The notes beneath the pieces are model-generated. The model worked only from the letters and a program-made list of their open reading frames with translations. It did not search any database and was not told the origin of the DNA. 64,000 bases of DNA. Source: Balanoglossus misakiensis. Taxonomy: Eukaryota; Animalia; Hemichordata. The translations under genes and the position numbers were made by a program. The DNA is taken from positions 15,538,550 to 15,602,549 of the forward strand of contig CM082579.2 of the NCBI GenBank assembly GCA_040954595.2. Reading direction: 5' to 3'. Within the stretch, counting starts at the first letter, position 1, and every line of letters starts with the position of its first letter. Positions 38,801-52,600 of the stretch are shown here, piece by piece.

Positions 38801-41800
38801 GGTCACCTGTGACACCTGCTGACCTCATTAAATATGCACGTACCTAATTACAGGCGAACCAATAGAGCTAGACTTTTGGTTTTTGTTGGACATGGACCAG
38901 TATGGGTAAAAAAAATTGCCCAAATTGTGGGTGACCTCAGGTGACCTTTGACCTACTTCACCCTATTTCAGCAGCAAAAATACACACATCCTTGTTATGT
39001 CATGAGATAATACATCCGATAGAAAATTCGGTTTCTTCTCATTCATACTGTGCATATATAATTCAAGATCAGCGCTTGGGCCCGACAATGCTGCTTGCAG
39101 CTTTAATTCTTTCTTGCTTTCTTTCTTTCTTTATTCTTGTGTCAATTCTTCGGCCAACTAAATCTCTGAAACTACTGCAGGTACACTGCTCAAACTTGCT
39201 ACAGTGGTCAAGGTTAATGAGTAGATGTGCAGTGACTTGTGAATACTTAATTAGTCACATGACATGGCGGCCATATTGGATTTTCTGAAAAAATGCAAAT
39301 CTCAGATCTCAGAAACTACAAGTCAGAGCGACTTCAAATTTGGCATGCTGGTAGACTACCTTCTGCCCGTCATTTTTGTAATTGGAAATTATGCTGACAA
39401 AGTTGCAGTTTTTTTGCTACAATTTTTTTTCTGAAATCTGGCTTAAATTTCAAAAATCTTCTTCTCCAGAACCGGTGATAACCGAGACACGGGGTTTGGG
39501 GTATGTGGTCACCTAACTGATGTCTATCAAGATTGCGAAGATCATTGTGATTGGTCCAAGATTATGGCGGCCATATTGGATTTTCGAAAAACCCTAGTAA
39601 AATTTCAAAAATCTTCTTCTCAAGAACCGGCGATAACCGAGTCACAAGATTTGGTGTGTGTGGTTATTAAACAGATGTCTATCAAGTTTGCGAAGTTGAA
39701 TGTGATTGGTCGAAGATTATGGCGGCCATATTGGATTTTGTGAAAAACGATTAAAAAGTAAAAATTCCCTTTCTAGCCTAAAAATTGATAGCACAGAAAT
39801 TCTTTTAATGGATATGAATCATCATATGACAAGTATAAGCTATAAATATTTTGGTAATTTTGGCAATGACCTTTGACCTACTTTTGACGCATCATTTTTT
39901 TGCATATCTAATTCCAGGCTAACCAATAGGGCTATAAGTTTGGTTTTTGATGTATGTGGATTTGTATGTGAACAAAAATTTTTGATACTTTTCATGACCC
40001 CTTTGACCTCTGCTGACCTCATTAAATATGCGCATACCTAATTACAGATTAACCAATAGACCTAGAGGTTTGGGTTTTTTTGGACATGGATCAGTATGGG
40101 GTCAAAATATTTTGCCCAAATGTTGGGTGACCTCGGGTGACCTTTGACCTACTTTTGCATATCTCGGCATCCAAAGCAGGTACAGCCTTGGCATTTGGAG
40201 ATATGGGGCCATAATGAAAAGCCAAAGTTTTGGGTCACCTGTGACCTCTGCTGACCTCATTATTTATGTGCATACCTAATTCTAGGCTAACCAAAAGGGC
40301 TAAAGGTCTGGTTTTTGTTGGACATGGACCACTGTGGGTCAAAATATTCTGCCCAATTTGTGGGTGACCCCTGGTTGACCTTTGACCTACTTAACACTAT
40401 ATCAGCACCAAACATAGATATAACCTTGATATTTTATGGGATAAAACACAGCATTATGTTTCTACTCATTAATTATGTGCATATCTAATAATCAGGTCAG
40501 ATAATAGAGCTTGGGCCCGGACAATGCTGCTTGCAGCTTTAATTCTTTCTTTATTCTTATGTCAATCTTTGCTCTCCTAGATCTCTGAAACGGCTACAGG
40601 TACACTTCTCAAACTTGCTACAGTGGTCAAGGTCAATGAGTAGATGTGCAGTGGCTTGTGAATATTTAATTAGTCACGTGACCTGGCGGCCATATTGGAT
40701 TTTCTGAAAATCTTTAAATGGCTTCTTCTCAAAAACCACAGGGCCAATCAAGTTCAAATTTGGTGTATGGTACACATGTCCGCTGCCCTTCAAAGTTTGA
40801 CAATAAAATCCTGAGCGGTCACGTGACTTTGGCCGCCATATTGGATTTTCGAAAAAGTACAGTAAAATCTTCAAAAATCTTCTTCTCCAGAACCGGCAAT
40901 AACCGAGTCATGGGATTTGGGGTATGACATCACCTAACTGATGTCTATCAAGTTTGCGAAGAGCGTTGTGATTGGTCGAAGATTATGGCGGCCATATTGG
41001 ATTTTGTAAAAACCAGTGAAAATTAAGAAATCATTTTTCTAGTCTAAAAATAGATAGCATACAAATTCTTTTTGTGGATATGAGTCGTCTTATGACTAGA
41101 ATATGTTGCAAATTTTTTGGCAATTTTCACATGACCTTTGACCTACTTTTTTAAGAACCTGCATATATGCATATATAGCTCATACTACCTGTTCTAAATG
41201 TACCAGAGTTCTGATTTTTGTGCACATTGGTATCACCCCTGCCAGGACCTACCCCAAATATTTTGGTAATTTTGGCAATGACCTTTGACCTACTTTTGAC
41301 ACATCGTTTTTTCTGCATATCTAATTCCAGGCTAACCTATAGGGCTATCATTTTGGTTTTTGATGTATGTGGATTTGTATGTGATCAAAAAATTTCGCTA
41401 CTTTTCATGACCCCTTTGACCTCTGCTGACCTCATTAAATATGTGCATACATAATTATAGATGAACCAATAGACCTAGAGGTTTGGTTTCTGTTGGACAT
41501 GGACCAGTATTGGGTCAAAAAATTTTGCCCAAATGTTGGGTGACCTCGGGTGACCTTTGACCTACTTTTGCATATCTCGACATCCACAGCAGATACAGCC
41601 TTGGCGTTTGGAGGTATGGGGCCATAATGAAAAGCCAAAGTTTTGGGTCACCTGTGACACCTGCTTAACTCATTATTTATGTGCATACCTAATTCCGGGC
41701 TAACCAAAAGGGCTAGAGGTCTGGTTTTTGTTGGACATGGACCACTATGGGTCAAAATTTTCTGCCCAAATTTTGGGTGACCTCAGATGACCTTTGACCT

Positions 41801-43050
41801 ACTTAACACTATATCAGCACCAAACATAGATATAACCTTGATATTTCATGGGATAAAACACAGCATTATGTTTCTACTCATTAATTATGTGCATATCTAA
41901 TAATCTGATCAGATAATAGAGCTTGGGCCCGGACAATGCTGCTTGCAGCTTTAATTATTATTCTTCTTCCGAGAAATATGTCATTGTACATCTGGAAAAC
42001 CGCAGCACCTAGGGGGCTGAAACTTGGTAGGGTGGTAGGGGCCAATGGGTAGACGTGCAGTGGCTCGTGAATATTTAATTAGTCACGTGACCTGGCGGCC
42101 ATATTGGATTTCCTGAAAATCGTTAAACGAGTCCTTCTCAAAAACCACTGGGCTGATCGAGTTCAAATTTGGTGTGCAGGTAGCCTACCTTCTGTCCATC
42201 ATTTTAGCCCATTGAAATCATGACGTCACACAAAGTTTTTTTGCTACAATTGTTTTTCTGAATCACTACTTAAAACTTTAAAAATCTTCTTCTCCAGAAC
42301 CAGCGATTGCCGAGTCACGGGATTCGGGGTATGTGGTCACCTAACCTATGTCTATCAAGTTTGCGAAGCGCACTGTGATTGGTCGATCATTATGGCGGCC
42401 ATGTTGGATTTTCGGAAAACCATTGAAAAATGAAAATTCCGTTTTGTAGCCAAAATGTTGACAGCATAAAAATTCTTTTTTCGGATATGAGTCATCATAT
42501 GACCGGAAGTTGTCACAATTTTTCGGGGCAATTTTCACATGACCTTTGACCCGGTTTTAAAACAACTAATTATATATGCATATTCCCCATACCTCCTCTT
42601 GTCAAAGCACCACAGTCATGAATTTTGTGGACATGGGTACCAATGCTGCCAGGACATGAAACAAATATTTTGGTAATTTTGGCAATGACCCTTGACCTAT
42701 TTCTGAAACATCATTTTTCTGCATATATAATTCCAGGCTAACCAATAGGGCTAGAGGTCTGGTTTTAGTTGGACATGGCCCACTCTGGGGTCAAAATTTT
42801 ATGCCTTACACTAGACCTCATTAATTATGCGCATACCTAATTCTAGGCGAACCAATAAAGCTAGGGGTCTGGTTTTTGTTGGACCTAGACTAGTATGGGT
42901 TCCGATTTTTTTGCCCAAATTTGGGGTGACCTCAGGTGACCTTTGACCTACTTTCCCATATCTTGGTATCCACAGCAGATACAGCCTTGGCATTTGCTGT
43001 TTACCATGGGAACCGCTTGTGCCCCGCCAACGCTGCTTGCAGCTTTAATT
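35829..43050 (+). mobile_element. Nest of five non-autonomous Helentron/DINE-1-like (HINE) elements
   Basis: 5' palindromic heads (agggcccaagc..gcttgggccct) at 35857, 35911, 35964, 37630 plus a collapsed head at 35829. 3' ends gcttgggccc + gctgcttgcagc stem-loop + t(t/a)aatt-like tail at ~37630, 39108, 40544, 41956, 43050. Inserted at TT; internal ~190-bp repeats; no ORF. Confidence 0.8.
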
Positions 43051-43302
43051 CTTATTTATTTTGTAAAAAAGACAATTTTTCGAAAAAAAAGTCGAAAATG
43101 GTAATTTTGTCTTGGGTGATTCAAATTATACCGCCTTTTCTGGAATTTGCAGCACTTTTTACAAGAGAACGACACTTCATGCTCCATAATATTTCCGAAA
43201 ATGAAGAAAAGAGTTAATTTTTTATGATTTTTTAAAAATTTACCATTTTTGTCAAAATATGGCCAAAATGGCTATTTTTTCTTGAATTCCGTCAATATCT
43301 CT

Positions 43303-46300
43303 TAGTCCGTGGGCTGAAGGGGTCCACCAGGCACCCCCCCATAAACCTACCACTTGGGTATTTTTTGTTCTTTAGAACGTGCTGAACAAGAAAAAAGATG
43401 TTAACATTGAATATTTTGGGTTGCACTACCCCTCCGGGGTGGTTTTTGAATGGTATGTGCCGCGAAAAATGGGTTGGGGTAGGGGGTACTATATTCTCTC
43501 CTAAAAAAATAAAACTACCATGAAATTACATAAACCTCATATTTTTAGAAAGCTTAGATACTGGTCTTTCCCGAAACCCAACAAGAATAGATTTCACATG
43601 AAAAATTGGCGCCGTATTACATTGCTAAACACGGATGATAAGATTGCATCTGGTGTTATAGCAAACCGTATGAAACGGTTCTTGCCAAAAATTATTCACC
43701 CTCACTAGAAAGTTTTTTTGAGGAAAGGAAGGTATATTGGTGAAAATACACGTTTGATTGATGATGTATTGTTAACTTCAAAGATAGACAAGGTTTTCTT
43801 GTACTTCTAGACTTTGAAATGGCGTTTGACACGCTTTCTTGGGAATTTATCGATAAAGCATTGAGAAAGTTTAATTTTTATCCCTCTTTCAGAAAATGGG
43901 TCAAAGTGTTTTATAAAAACACCACTAGTTGTGTTATAAATAACGGAAACTTTCCTGATTTTTCCCCTCGAGAGAGGTGTTAGACAAGGTGATCCTCTAT
44001 CACCGTACCTGTTTATCACCTGTGTTGAAAAACTTGCGCATGAAATCAGAGCCCATAGTAATATAGAAGGAATTACACTTAGAGATAAAAAAAAATTACT
44101 GGGGCAATACGCAGATGATATTTTTGTATATTTAGATGGTTCTGAAAGTTCTCTGACAAATCTGTTTGCTACCTTGGGTTTCTTTACTTTTCTGTCGGGT
44201 TTGCGAATTAACTACCAAAAAACTAAATTGGTTTGGTTTGGCGCTAAATGCCATTCACATGATATTTTGTTGCCAAACAAGAACTTATTATGGGTTGATG
44301 AACCGTTAACAGTTCTTGGTATTAACCTGAACGTTGATCTTGTTGGGCTCGATATGTTAAATTTTACACCAAAAGTAAGGGAAGTGTCCACACTGCTTAC
44401 TAAGTGGTCATGGCGACCTGTGACCTTATTTGGCAAGATTACAATAGCTAAAACACTTGCTTTGTCAAAGTTTATTCATATTTTCTCATCCTTACCTCCC
44501 ATGTCAGATAATCAAATATGTACACTTATTAGAGTTTTATCGGAATTCAAAACCCGATAAAGTCAATAGATTAAGATTATGTTGTAATTGTGATGAGTGG
44601 GGTTTGCGAATGACCCATCTTCCCTCATTCGTTCAAGCAGTGCATGCTTCGTGGATTAACAGATTAATGTCCAATCAATATTCTCAGTGGATAGAAATGT
44701 TTAAACTGTGGGTATATCCCCTGCTATCTTACCCACTTCACCCCCGCTCAGGTCGTGGAGTTTGCCAGAAACAGATTTTCACGTCATAGCTTCTGGTACT
44801 CAGTACTACTATGTTGGTCAACCCCCCCACCCCCGACCCTATTAATAACATAAAAAAGTGTATATGGTTCAACCAGAGCTGAAAGTTAACAACGCTACCA
44901 TATTTTATAAAAACTGGTATGATAATGTTGTAATGTATATTTCGGATTTATTAGATTTTTCCGGTTCCATTTTATCTTTCCAAGATTTTAGTAACAGACA
45001 TAATTTTTCACCAAACTTCATATGGGTTTAATCAACGCTATTCCAAGATCACGGTTCAGAAAGATTCAGCAACAAGGCTCTGTAAATAATGACCACCCAA
45101 ACATGTTTTACACAAATAGATCCTGAAAAAAACCTACTCTATTTTACTTATAATAAGTTATTTTTGAAGAATAATCTTAAACCGATGAGATGTACGCAAA
45201 AATGGAAAGACCTCTTCGGGAATTTTGATTCGCAATTACACTATGCTTTACCATTTATTGTAACAAAGGATTCTACTTTGCGTAATTTTCAATTCAGAAC
45301 TGCTAGTAGAATCTGTACTACAAATACATTTTTAAAGATAAGGGGGAAAATGCGATTCTGTGAAATGCACCTTCTGTGAAAATTATGAGGAAATCCTTAT
45401 ACATTTATTTTTCGAATGCGACTGTATTTTGTCTTTTTGGAAGGATGTAGAGTTGCAATTACAGACAAAGTGTAATATTGCCATTGAGCTGTCCCCTTTT
45501 GATGTTTTGGTGGGTATAAAATAGAATTTTCAAAGTAACCACACAAACGGTGAGTGGTTAGCCCTGAATTACTTTATATTACTTTCAAAGAATGTTATCT
45601 TTAAATATAAATTTAAGCCAGTATTGCCAAACCTTCGCACATTTTTATCTTACCTCAATAATATACAAAAAATTGATACTTACCAAGCAAAGGCGATGGA
45701 GAATCACACACACTACAGGTACTGGAATATTTTCAAAAACTTCTGTACTTGAACATTTTGTTTTCTTTTGAGATGTAGAGATGTTTTGTCTAGTTTATGA
45801 CAATAAAAAAAATAATCCAAACCTAAAAAGTTGTCAAAAATTTGCTTCACAAAAAGAAAAATCACAATAGTTGCTTTGTCTTTGGGGTGAATATTTTCAA
45901 AATTGCCGAAGAAAATAATTTAAAAATCATATAATTAAATAAACAAAAATTAATTTTACTCCCCGTAAAGAGCAGTGTCTAAGCTTTCTAAAAATATAAG
46001 GTTTATGTACTTTGAAGTTAACTTTATTGTTGTAGGAGAGGATATAGTACCCCCTACCCCAAGACCATGCGTAATCCCATAGGATACATGCATTTCAAAG
46101 TTGTCTCTAAAGAAGTATTGTATTGTTATATAACTAATGTTAACATTTGTTTTCTTGTTTAATAAATAGAAGTCAATAATCCAAACCCCCAAAAGATGTC
46201 AAAAATTTGCTTCACAAAAAGAAAATCACAATTGTTGCGTTGTCTTTGGGGTGAATATTTTCAAAATTGCCGAAAAAATTAATTTAAAAATCATCTAATT

Positions 46301-46626
46301 AAATATTCATAAATATTGTTTAATAAAGTTTGTGCTTCCCGTAAAGAGCAGTATCTAAGCTTTCTAAAAATATAAGGTTTATGTAATTTCATGGTAGTTT
46401 TATTTTTTAGGAGAGAATATAGTACCCCCTACCCCAACCCATTTTTCGCCATTTTGAGCGGCACATACCATTCAAAAACCACCCCGGAGGGGTAGTGCAA
46501 CCCAAAATATTCAATGTTAACTTCTTTTTTTCTTGTTCAGCACGTTCTAAAGAACAAAAAAATACCCAAGTGGTAGGTTTATGGGGGGGGGGGGGTGCTC
46601 GGTGGACCCCTCCAGCCCACGGACTA
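43303..46626. mobile_element. Non-autonomous Academ-like DNA transposon, ~265-bp TIRs, 3-bp TSD TCT
   Basis: Termini TAGTCCGTGGGCTG / CAGCCCACGGACTA; TCT at 43300-43302 and 46627-46629; TAG..CTA ends with 3-bp TSD match Academ. Confidence 0.85.
43571..45812 (+). pseudogene. Decayed 5'-truncated Tx1/L1-clade LINE ORF2 inside the Academ-like element
   Basis: KNWRRITLLNTD, LDFEMAFD, RGVRQGDPLSPYLF, QYADD, SGLRIN..KT, C-terminal CTFC..HLFFEC; many stops and frameshifts; aataaaaaaaa 3' end. Confidence 0.85.
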
Positions 46627-49600
46627 TCTGCATTTTTGGAGTGGTCGAAAGTTTTAACATACAATCAACATGTCATATATGATCAGGGCACCAAATTCGA
46701 AGAACAAACGTTTTTTTAGTTTTTTTTTCTAAAAATGACATTTTCAAGGAAAATTTGGTAAAACGCAATTTTGTCAGCAGTGAGCCAAATTAGACGGTCT
46801 TTTGTGGAATTTGTATCGATATATACATACGAAGAGCATTCTATACTCCATCAGATTTCCGAAAATGTAGAAAACAGGTATTTTTTGTAATTTTCAAAAA
46901 TTTACCATTTCGACCTAATTGTTATTTTCGTGTTGAATGCCGCCAGTGTCACTGCTTTTAAAAGTCATAAAAACTTTTAACATACAAGCAATTGGTTATA
47001 TATGATCAGGTCACCGAATTAAAAAAAATAAAGAATGTTTTGCCTAAAAATGACCTTTTTGGTGTAAAAACGAATAAAACGCAATTTTGTATTAAATCAG
47101 CTCATTCAGAGTGCATTTTTTATAATCAGCACCAATTTTACATATAATGGAAATTTCCTACATCATCAGATATCCAAATATGAAAAAATGATTTAGATTT
47201 TAGATGATTGTCCAAAATTAGCTGATATCTAATAAATGTAGTAATGAACTGTTCCGTTTCCCCCCCCCTCCCTTACATTATATGCGGTACACCGATTTCA
47301 GCTTACCCGGCAGTACTGCAGGCCGTGCCCCCAACTAACGTCGGTGTTTGAAACGCCCTGGTTAAATTCTGGCTTTCTCTATAAATTGAAAGGCAATAAT
47401 GCAGTCCTACCCGAACAAATGTCGAGTGTTGACCCGCTGTGACTTTCCCTCTTCGGTTTGCCCGACTTAGCCATCGTCTTTGTACTAGAGTGTCCGGTCT
47501 TTTGCAGAGCCAGGCCGAAGGAAATCCGACTTGATCACCGTTGCTAACGAACGCTAGTGTCTGTCATGGTGTGCCGGGGTTTTAGTCGAGCCAGGCGTAG
47601 GAGATCTGACTTGATCATCGTGGTCAATGTACGCGTGTTTCCGCTCTAAAGTGCCGGGGCTTCAGCTAAACCAGGCCGTAGGAAATCCGACGTAATCACC
47701 GTTGATAACTTACGCCAGTCTGTGTCATATAGAGCCGGTGCACCAGCTGAGTCACGTCGTAGGAAATCTGACTTGATCAACGTGGTCAATGTACGCCTGT
47801 TTCTGCTCTAGAGTGCCGGGGCTTCAGCTGAGCCAGGCCGTAGGAAACCCGACGTGATTACCGTTGTTAACCTACGCCAGTCTGTGTCCTATATATAGTG
47901 CCGGGGCATCAGCCGTGCCAGGCCGAAGGAAATGTGAGTAGATCAACGTGGTCTCTGTACGCGTGTTTCTGCTCTAGAGTGCCAGGGCTTTAGCCAAGCC
48001 ATGCCGTAGAAAATCTGACTTGATCAACGTTGCTAACGAACGCTAGTGTCTGTCATAGTGTGCCGGGGTTTTAGTCGAGCCAAGCCGTAGGAGATCAGAC
48101 TTGATCAACGTGGTCTCTGTAGGCGTGTTTCTGCTCTAGAGTGCCGGGGCTTTATCCAAGCCATGCCGTAGAAAATCTGACTTGATCACCGTTGCTAACG
48201 TACGCTAGTGTCTGTCATATTGTGACGGAGATTTAGCCGAGCCAGGCCGTAGAAAAATCGACTTGTTCAACGTTACCAGTGTGCAACTGTTTCTGCTCTA
48301 GAGTGTCAGGGTTTTAGCCGACTTATGCTGTAGGAAATCTGAGTTGATGAACGGGAATTCAATGTTAGAAAACCCGTGTGGAAAGTATCTCTACCCGCTT
48401 GAAACTAAGAAAAGAATTTATTCTTATTTATTTTGTAAAAAAGACAATTTTTCGAGAAAAAAAGTCGAAAATGGTAATTTTGTCTTGGGTGATTCAAATT
48501 ATACCGCCTTTTCTGGAATTTGCAGCACTTTTTACAAGAGAACGACACTTCATGCTCCATAATATTTCCGAAAATGAAGAAAAGAGTTAATTTTTTATGA
48601 TTTTTTAAAAATTTACCATTTTTGTCAAAATATGGCCAAAAATGGCTATTTTTTCTTGAATTCCGTCAATATCTCTGCATTTTTGGAGTGGTCGAAAGTT
48701 TTAACATACAATCAACATGTCATATATGATCAGGGCACCAAATTCGAAGAACAAAGGTTTTTTTATTTGTTTTTCTAAAAATGACATTTTCAAGGAAAAT
48801 TTGGTAAAACGCAATTTTGTCTGCAGTGAGCCAAATTAGACGGTCTTTTGTGGAATTTGTATCGATATATACATACGAAGAGCATTCTATACTCCATCAG
48901 ATTTCCGAAAATGTAGAAAACAGGTTTTTTTGTAATTTTCAAAAATTTACCATTTTGACCAAATTGTGGCTAAAATTGTTATTTTCGTGTTGAATGCCGC
49001 CAGTGTCACAGCTTTTAAAAGTCATAAAAACTTTTAACATACAAGCAATTCTTTATATATGATCAGGTCACCGAATTAAAAAAATAAAGAATGTTTTGCC
49101 TAAAAATGACCTTTTAGGTGCAAAAACGAATAAAACGTAATTTTGTATTAAATCAGCTCATTCAAAGTGCATTTTTTATAATCAGCACCATTTTTACATA
49201 TAATGGAAATTTCATACATCATCAGATATCCAAATATGAAAAAATGATTTAGATTTTAGATGATTGTCCAAAATTAGCTGATATCTAATAAATGTAGTAT
49301 TGAACCGTTCTGTCCCCCCCCCCCCCTACATTATATGCGGTACGCCGATGTCAGCTTACCCGGCAGTACTGCAGGCCGTGCCCCCAACTAACGTCGGTTT
49401 TTGAAACGCCCTGGTTAAATTCGGGCTTTCTCTATAAATTGACAGGCAATAATGCAGTCCTACCCGAACAAATGTCGAGTGTTGACCCACTGTGACTTTC
49501 CCTCTTCGGTTTGCCCGACTTAGCCAACGTCTTTGTACTAGAGTGTCGGGTCTTTTGCAGAGCCAGGCCGAAGGAAATCCGACTTGATCACCGTTGCTAA

Positions 49601-52600
49601 CGAACGCTAGTGTCTGTCATGGTGTGCCGGGGTTTTAGTCGAGCCAGGCCGTACGAGATCTGACTTGATCATCGTGGTCTATGTAAGCGTGTTTCCGCTC
49701 TAAAGTGCCGGGGTTTCAGCTAAACCAGGCCGTAGGAAATCCGACGTAATCACCGTTGATAACTTACGACAGTCTGTGTCATATAGAGCCGGTGCACCAG
49801 CCGAGTCACGCCGTAGAAAATCTGACTTGATCAACGTGGTCAATGTACGCCTGTTTCTGCTCTAGAGTGCCGGGGCTTCAGCTGAGCCAGGCCGTAGGAA
49901 ACCCGACGTGATTACCGTTGTTAACTTACGCCAGTCTGTGTCCTATATATAGTGCCGGGGCATCAGCCGTGCCAGGCCGAAGGAAATGTGAGTAGATCAA
50001 CGTGGTCTCTGTACTCGTGTTTCTGCTCTAGAGTGTCAGGGCTTTAGCAAAGCCATGCCGTAGGAAATCTGTCTTGATCAACGTTGCTAACGAACGCTAG
50101 TGTCTGTCATAGTGTGCCAGGGTTTTTAGTCGAGCCAAGCCGTAGGAGATCAGACTTGATCAACGTGGTCTCTGTACGCGTGTTTCTGCTCTAGAGTGCC
50201 GGGGCTTTATCCAAGCCATGCCGTAGAAAATCTGACTTGATCACCGTTGCTAACGTACGCTAGTGTCTGTCATATTGTGACGGAGATTTAGCCGAGCCAG
50301 GCTGTAAAAAAATCGACTTGTTCAACGTTACCAGTGTGCAACTGTTTCTGCTCTAGAGTGTCAGGGTTTTAGCCGATTTATGCTGTAGGAAATCAGAGCT
50401 GATGAACGGGAATTCAATGTTAGACAACCCGTGTGGAAAGTGTCTCTACCCGTTTGAAACTAAGAAAGGAATTTATTTTTATTTATTTTGTAAAAAAGAC
50501 AATTTTTCGAGAAAAAAAGGCGAAAATGGTAATTTTGTCATGTGTGATTCAAATTATACCACCTTTTCTGGAATTTGCAGCACTTTTTACAAGAGAACGA
50601 CACTTCATGCTCCATAATATTTCCGAAAATGAAGAAACGAGTTATTTTTTATGATTTTTTAAAAATTTACCATTTTTGTCAAAATATGGCCAACATGGCT
50701 ATTTTTTCTTGAATTCCGTCAATATCTCTGCATTTTTGGAGTGGTCGAAAGTTTTAACATACAATCAACATGTCATATATGATCAGGGCACCAAATTCGT
50801 AGAACAAAGGTTTTTTTATTTTTTTTTCTAAAAATGACATTTTCAAGGAAAATTTGGTAAAACGAAATTTTGTCTGCAGTGAGCCAAATTAGACGGTCTT
50901 TTGTGGAATTTGTATCGATATATACATACGAAGAGCATTCTATACTCCATCAGATTTCCGAAAATGTAGAAAACAGGTATTTTTTGTAATTTTCAAAATT
51001 TTTCCATTTTGACCAAATTGTGCTTAAATTGTTATTTTCGCGTTGAATGCCGCCAGTGTTACTGCTTTTAAAAGTCATGAAAACTTTTAACATACAAGCA
51101 ATTGTTTATATATGATCAGGTCACCGAATTAAAAAAATAAAGAACGTTTTGACTAAAAATGACCTTTTTGGTGCAAAAACGAAGAAAACGCAATTTTGTA
51201 TTAAATCAGAATGCATTTTTATAATCAGCACCATTTTTACATATAATGGAAATTTCATACATCATCAGATATCCAAATATGAAAAAATGATTTAGATTTT
51301 AAATGATTGTCCAAAATTAGCTGATATCTAATAAATGTAGTATTGAACCGTTCTGTTCCCCCCCCCCCCACATTATATGCGGTACGCCGATGTCAGCTTA
51401 CCCGGCAGTACTGCAGGCCGTGCCCCCAACTAACGTCGGTGTTTGAAACGCCCTGGTTAAATTCGGGCTTTCTCTATATATTGACTGGCAATAATGCAGT
51501 CCTACCCGAACAAATGTCAAGTGTTGAACCGCTGTGACTTTCCCTCTTCGGTTTGCCCGACTTGCCAACGTCTTTGTACTAGAGTGTCGGGTCTTTTGCA
51601 GAGCCAGGCCGAAGGAAATCCGACTTGATCACCGTTGCTAACGAACGCTAGTGTCTGTCATGGTGTGCCGGGGTTTTAGTCGAGCCAGGCCGTAGGAGAT
51701 CTGACTTGATCATCGTGGTCAATGTACGCGTGTTTCCGCTCTAAAGTGCCGGGGCTTCAGCTAAACCAGGCCGTAGGAAATCCGACGTAATCACCGTTGA
51801 TAACTTACGCCAGTCTGTGTCATATAGAGCCGGGGCATCAGCCGTGCCAGGCCGAAGGAAATGTGAGTAGATCAACGTGGTCTCTGTACGCGTGTTTCTG
51901 CTCTAGAGTGCCAGGGCTTTAGCCAAGCCATGCCGTAGGAAATCTGACTTGATCAACGTTGCTAACGAACGCTAGTGTCTGTCATAGTGTGCCGGGGTTT
52001 CAGTCGAGCCAAGCCGTAGGAGATCAGACTTGATCAACGTGGTCTCTGTACGCGTGTTTCTGCTCTAGAGTACCAGGGCTTTATCCAAGCCATGCCGTAG
52101 AAAATCTGACTTGATCACCGTTGCTAACGTACGCTAGTGTCTGTCAAATTGTGACGGAGATTTAGCCGAGCCAGGCCGTAGAAAAATCGACTTGTTCAAC
52201 GTTACCAGTGTGCAACTGTTTCTGCTCTAGAGTGTCAGGGTTTTAGCCGACTTATGCTGTAGGAAATCTGAGTTGATGAACGGGAATTCAATGTTAGAAA
52301 ACCCGTGTGGAAAGTATCTCTACCTGTTTGAAACTAAGAAAAGAATTTATTCTTATTTATTTTGTAAAAAAGACAATTTTTCGAAAAAAGTCGAAAATGG
52401 TAATTTTGTCTTGGGTGATTCAAACTATACCGCCTTTTCTGGAATTTGCAGCACTTTTTACAAGAGAACGACAATTCATGCTCCATAATATTTCCGAAAA
52501 TGAAGAAAAGAGTTAATTGTTTAAGATTTTTCTAAAATTTACCATTTCTGTCAAAATATGGCCAAAATGGCTATTTTTTCTTGAATTCCGTCAATATCTC

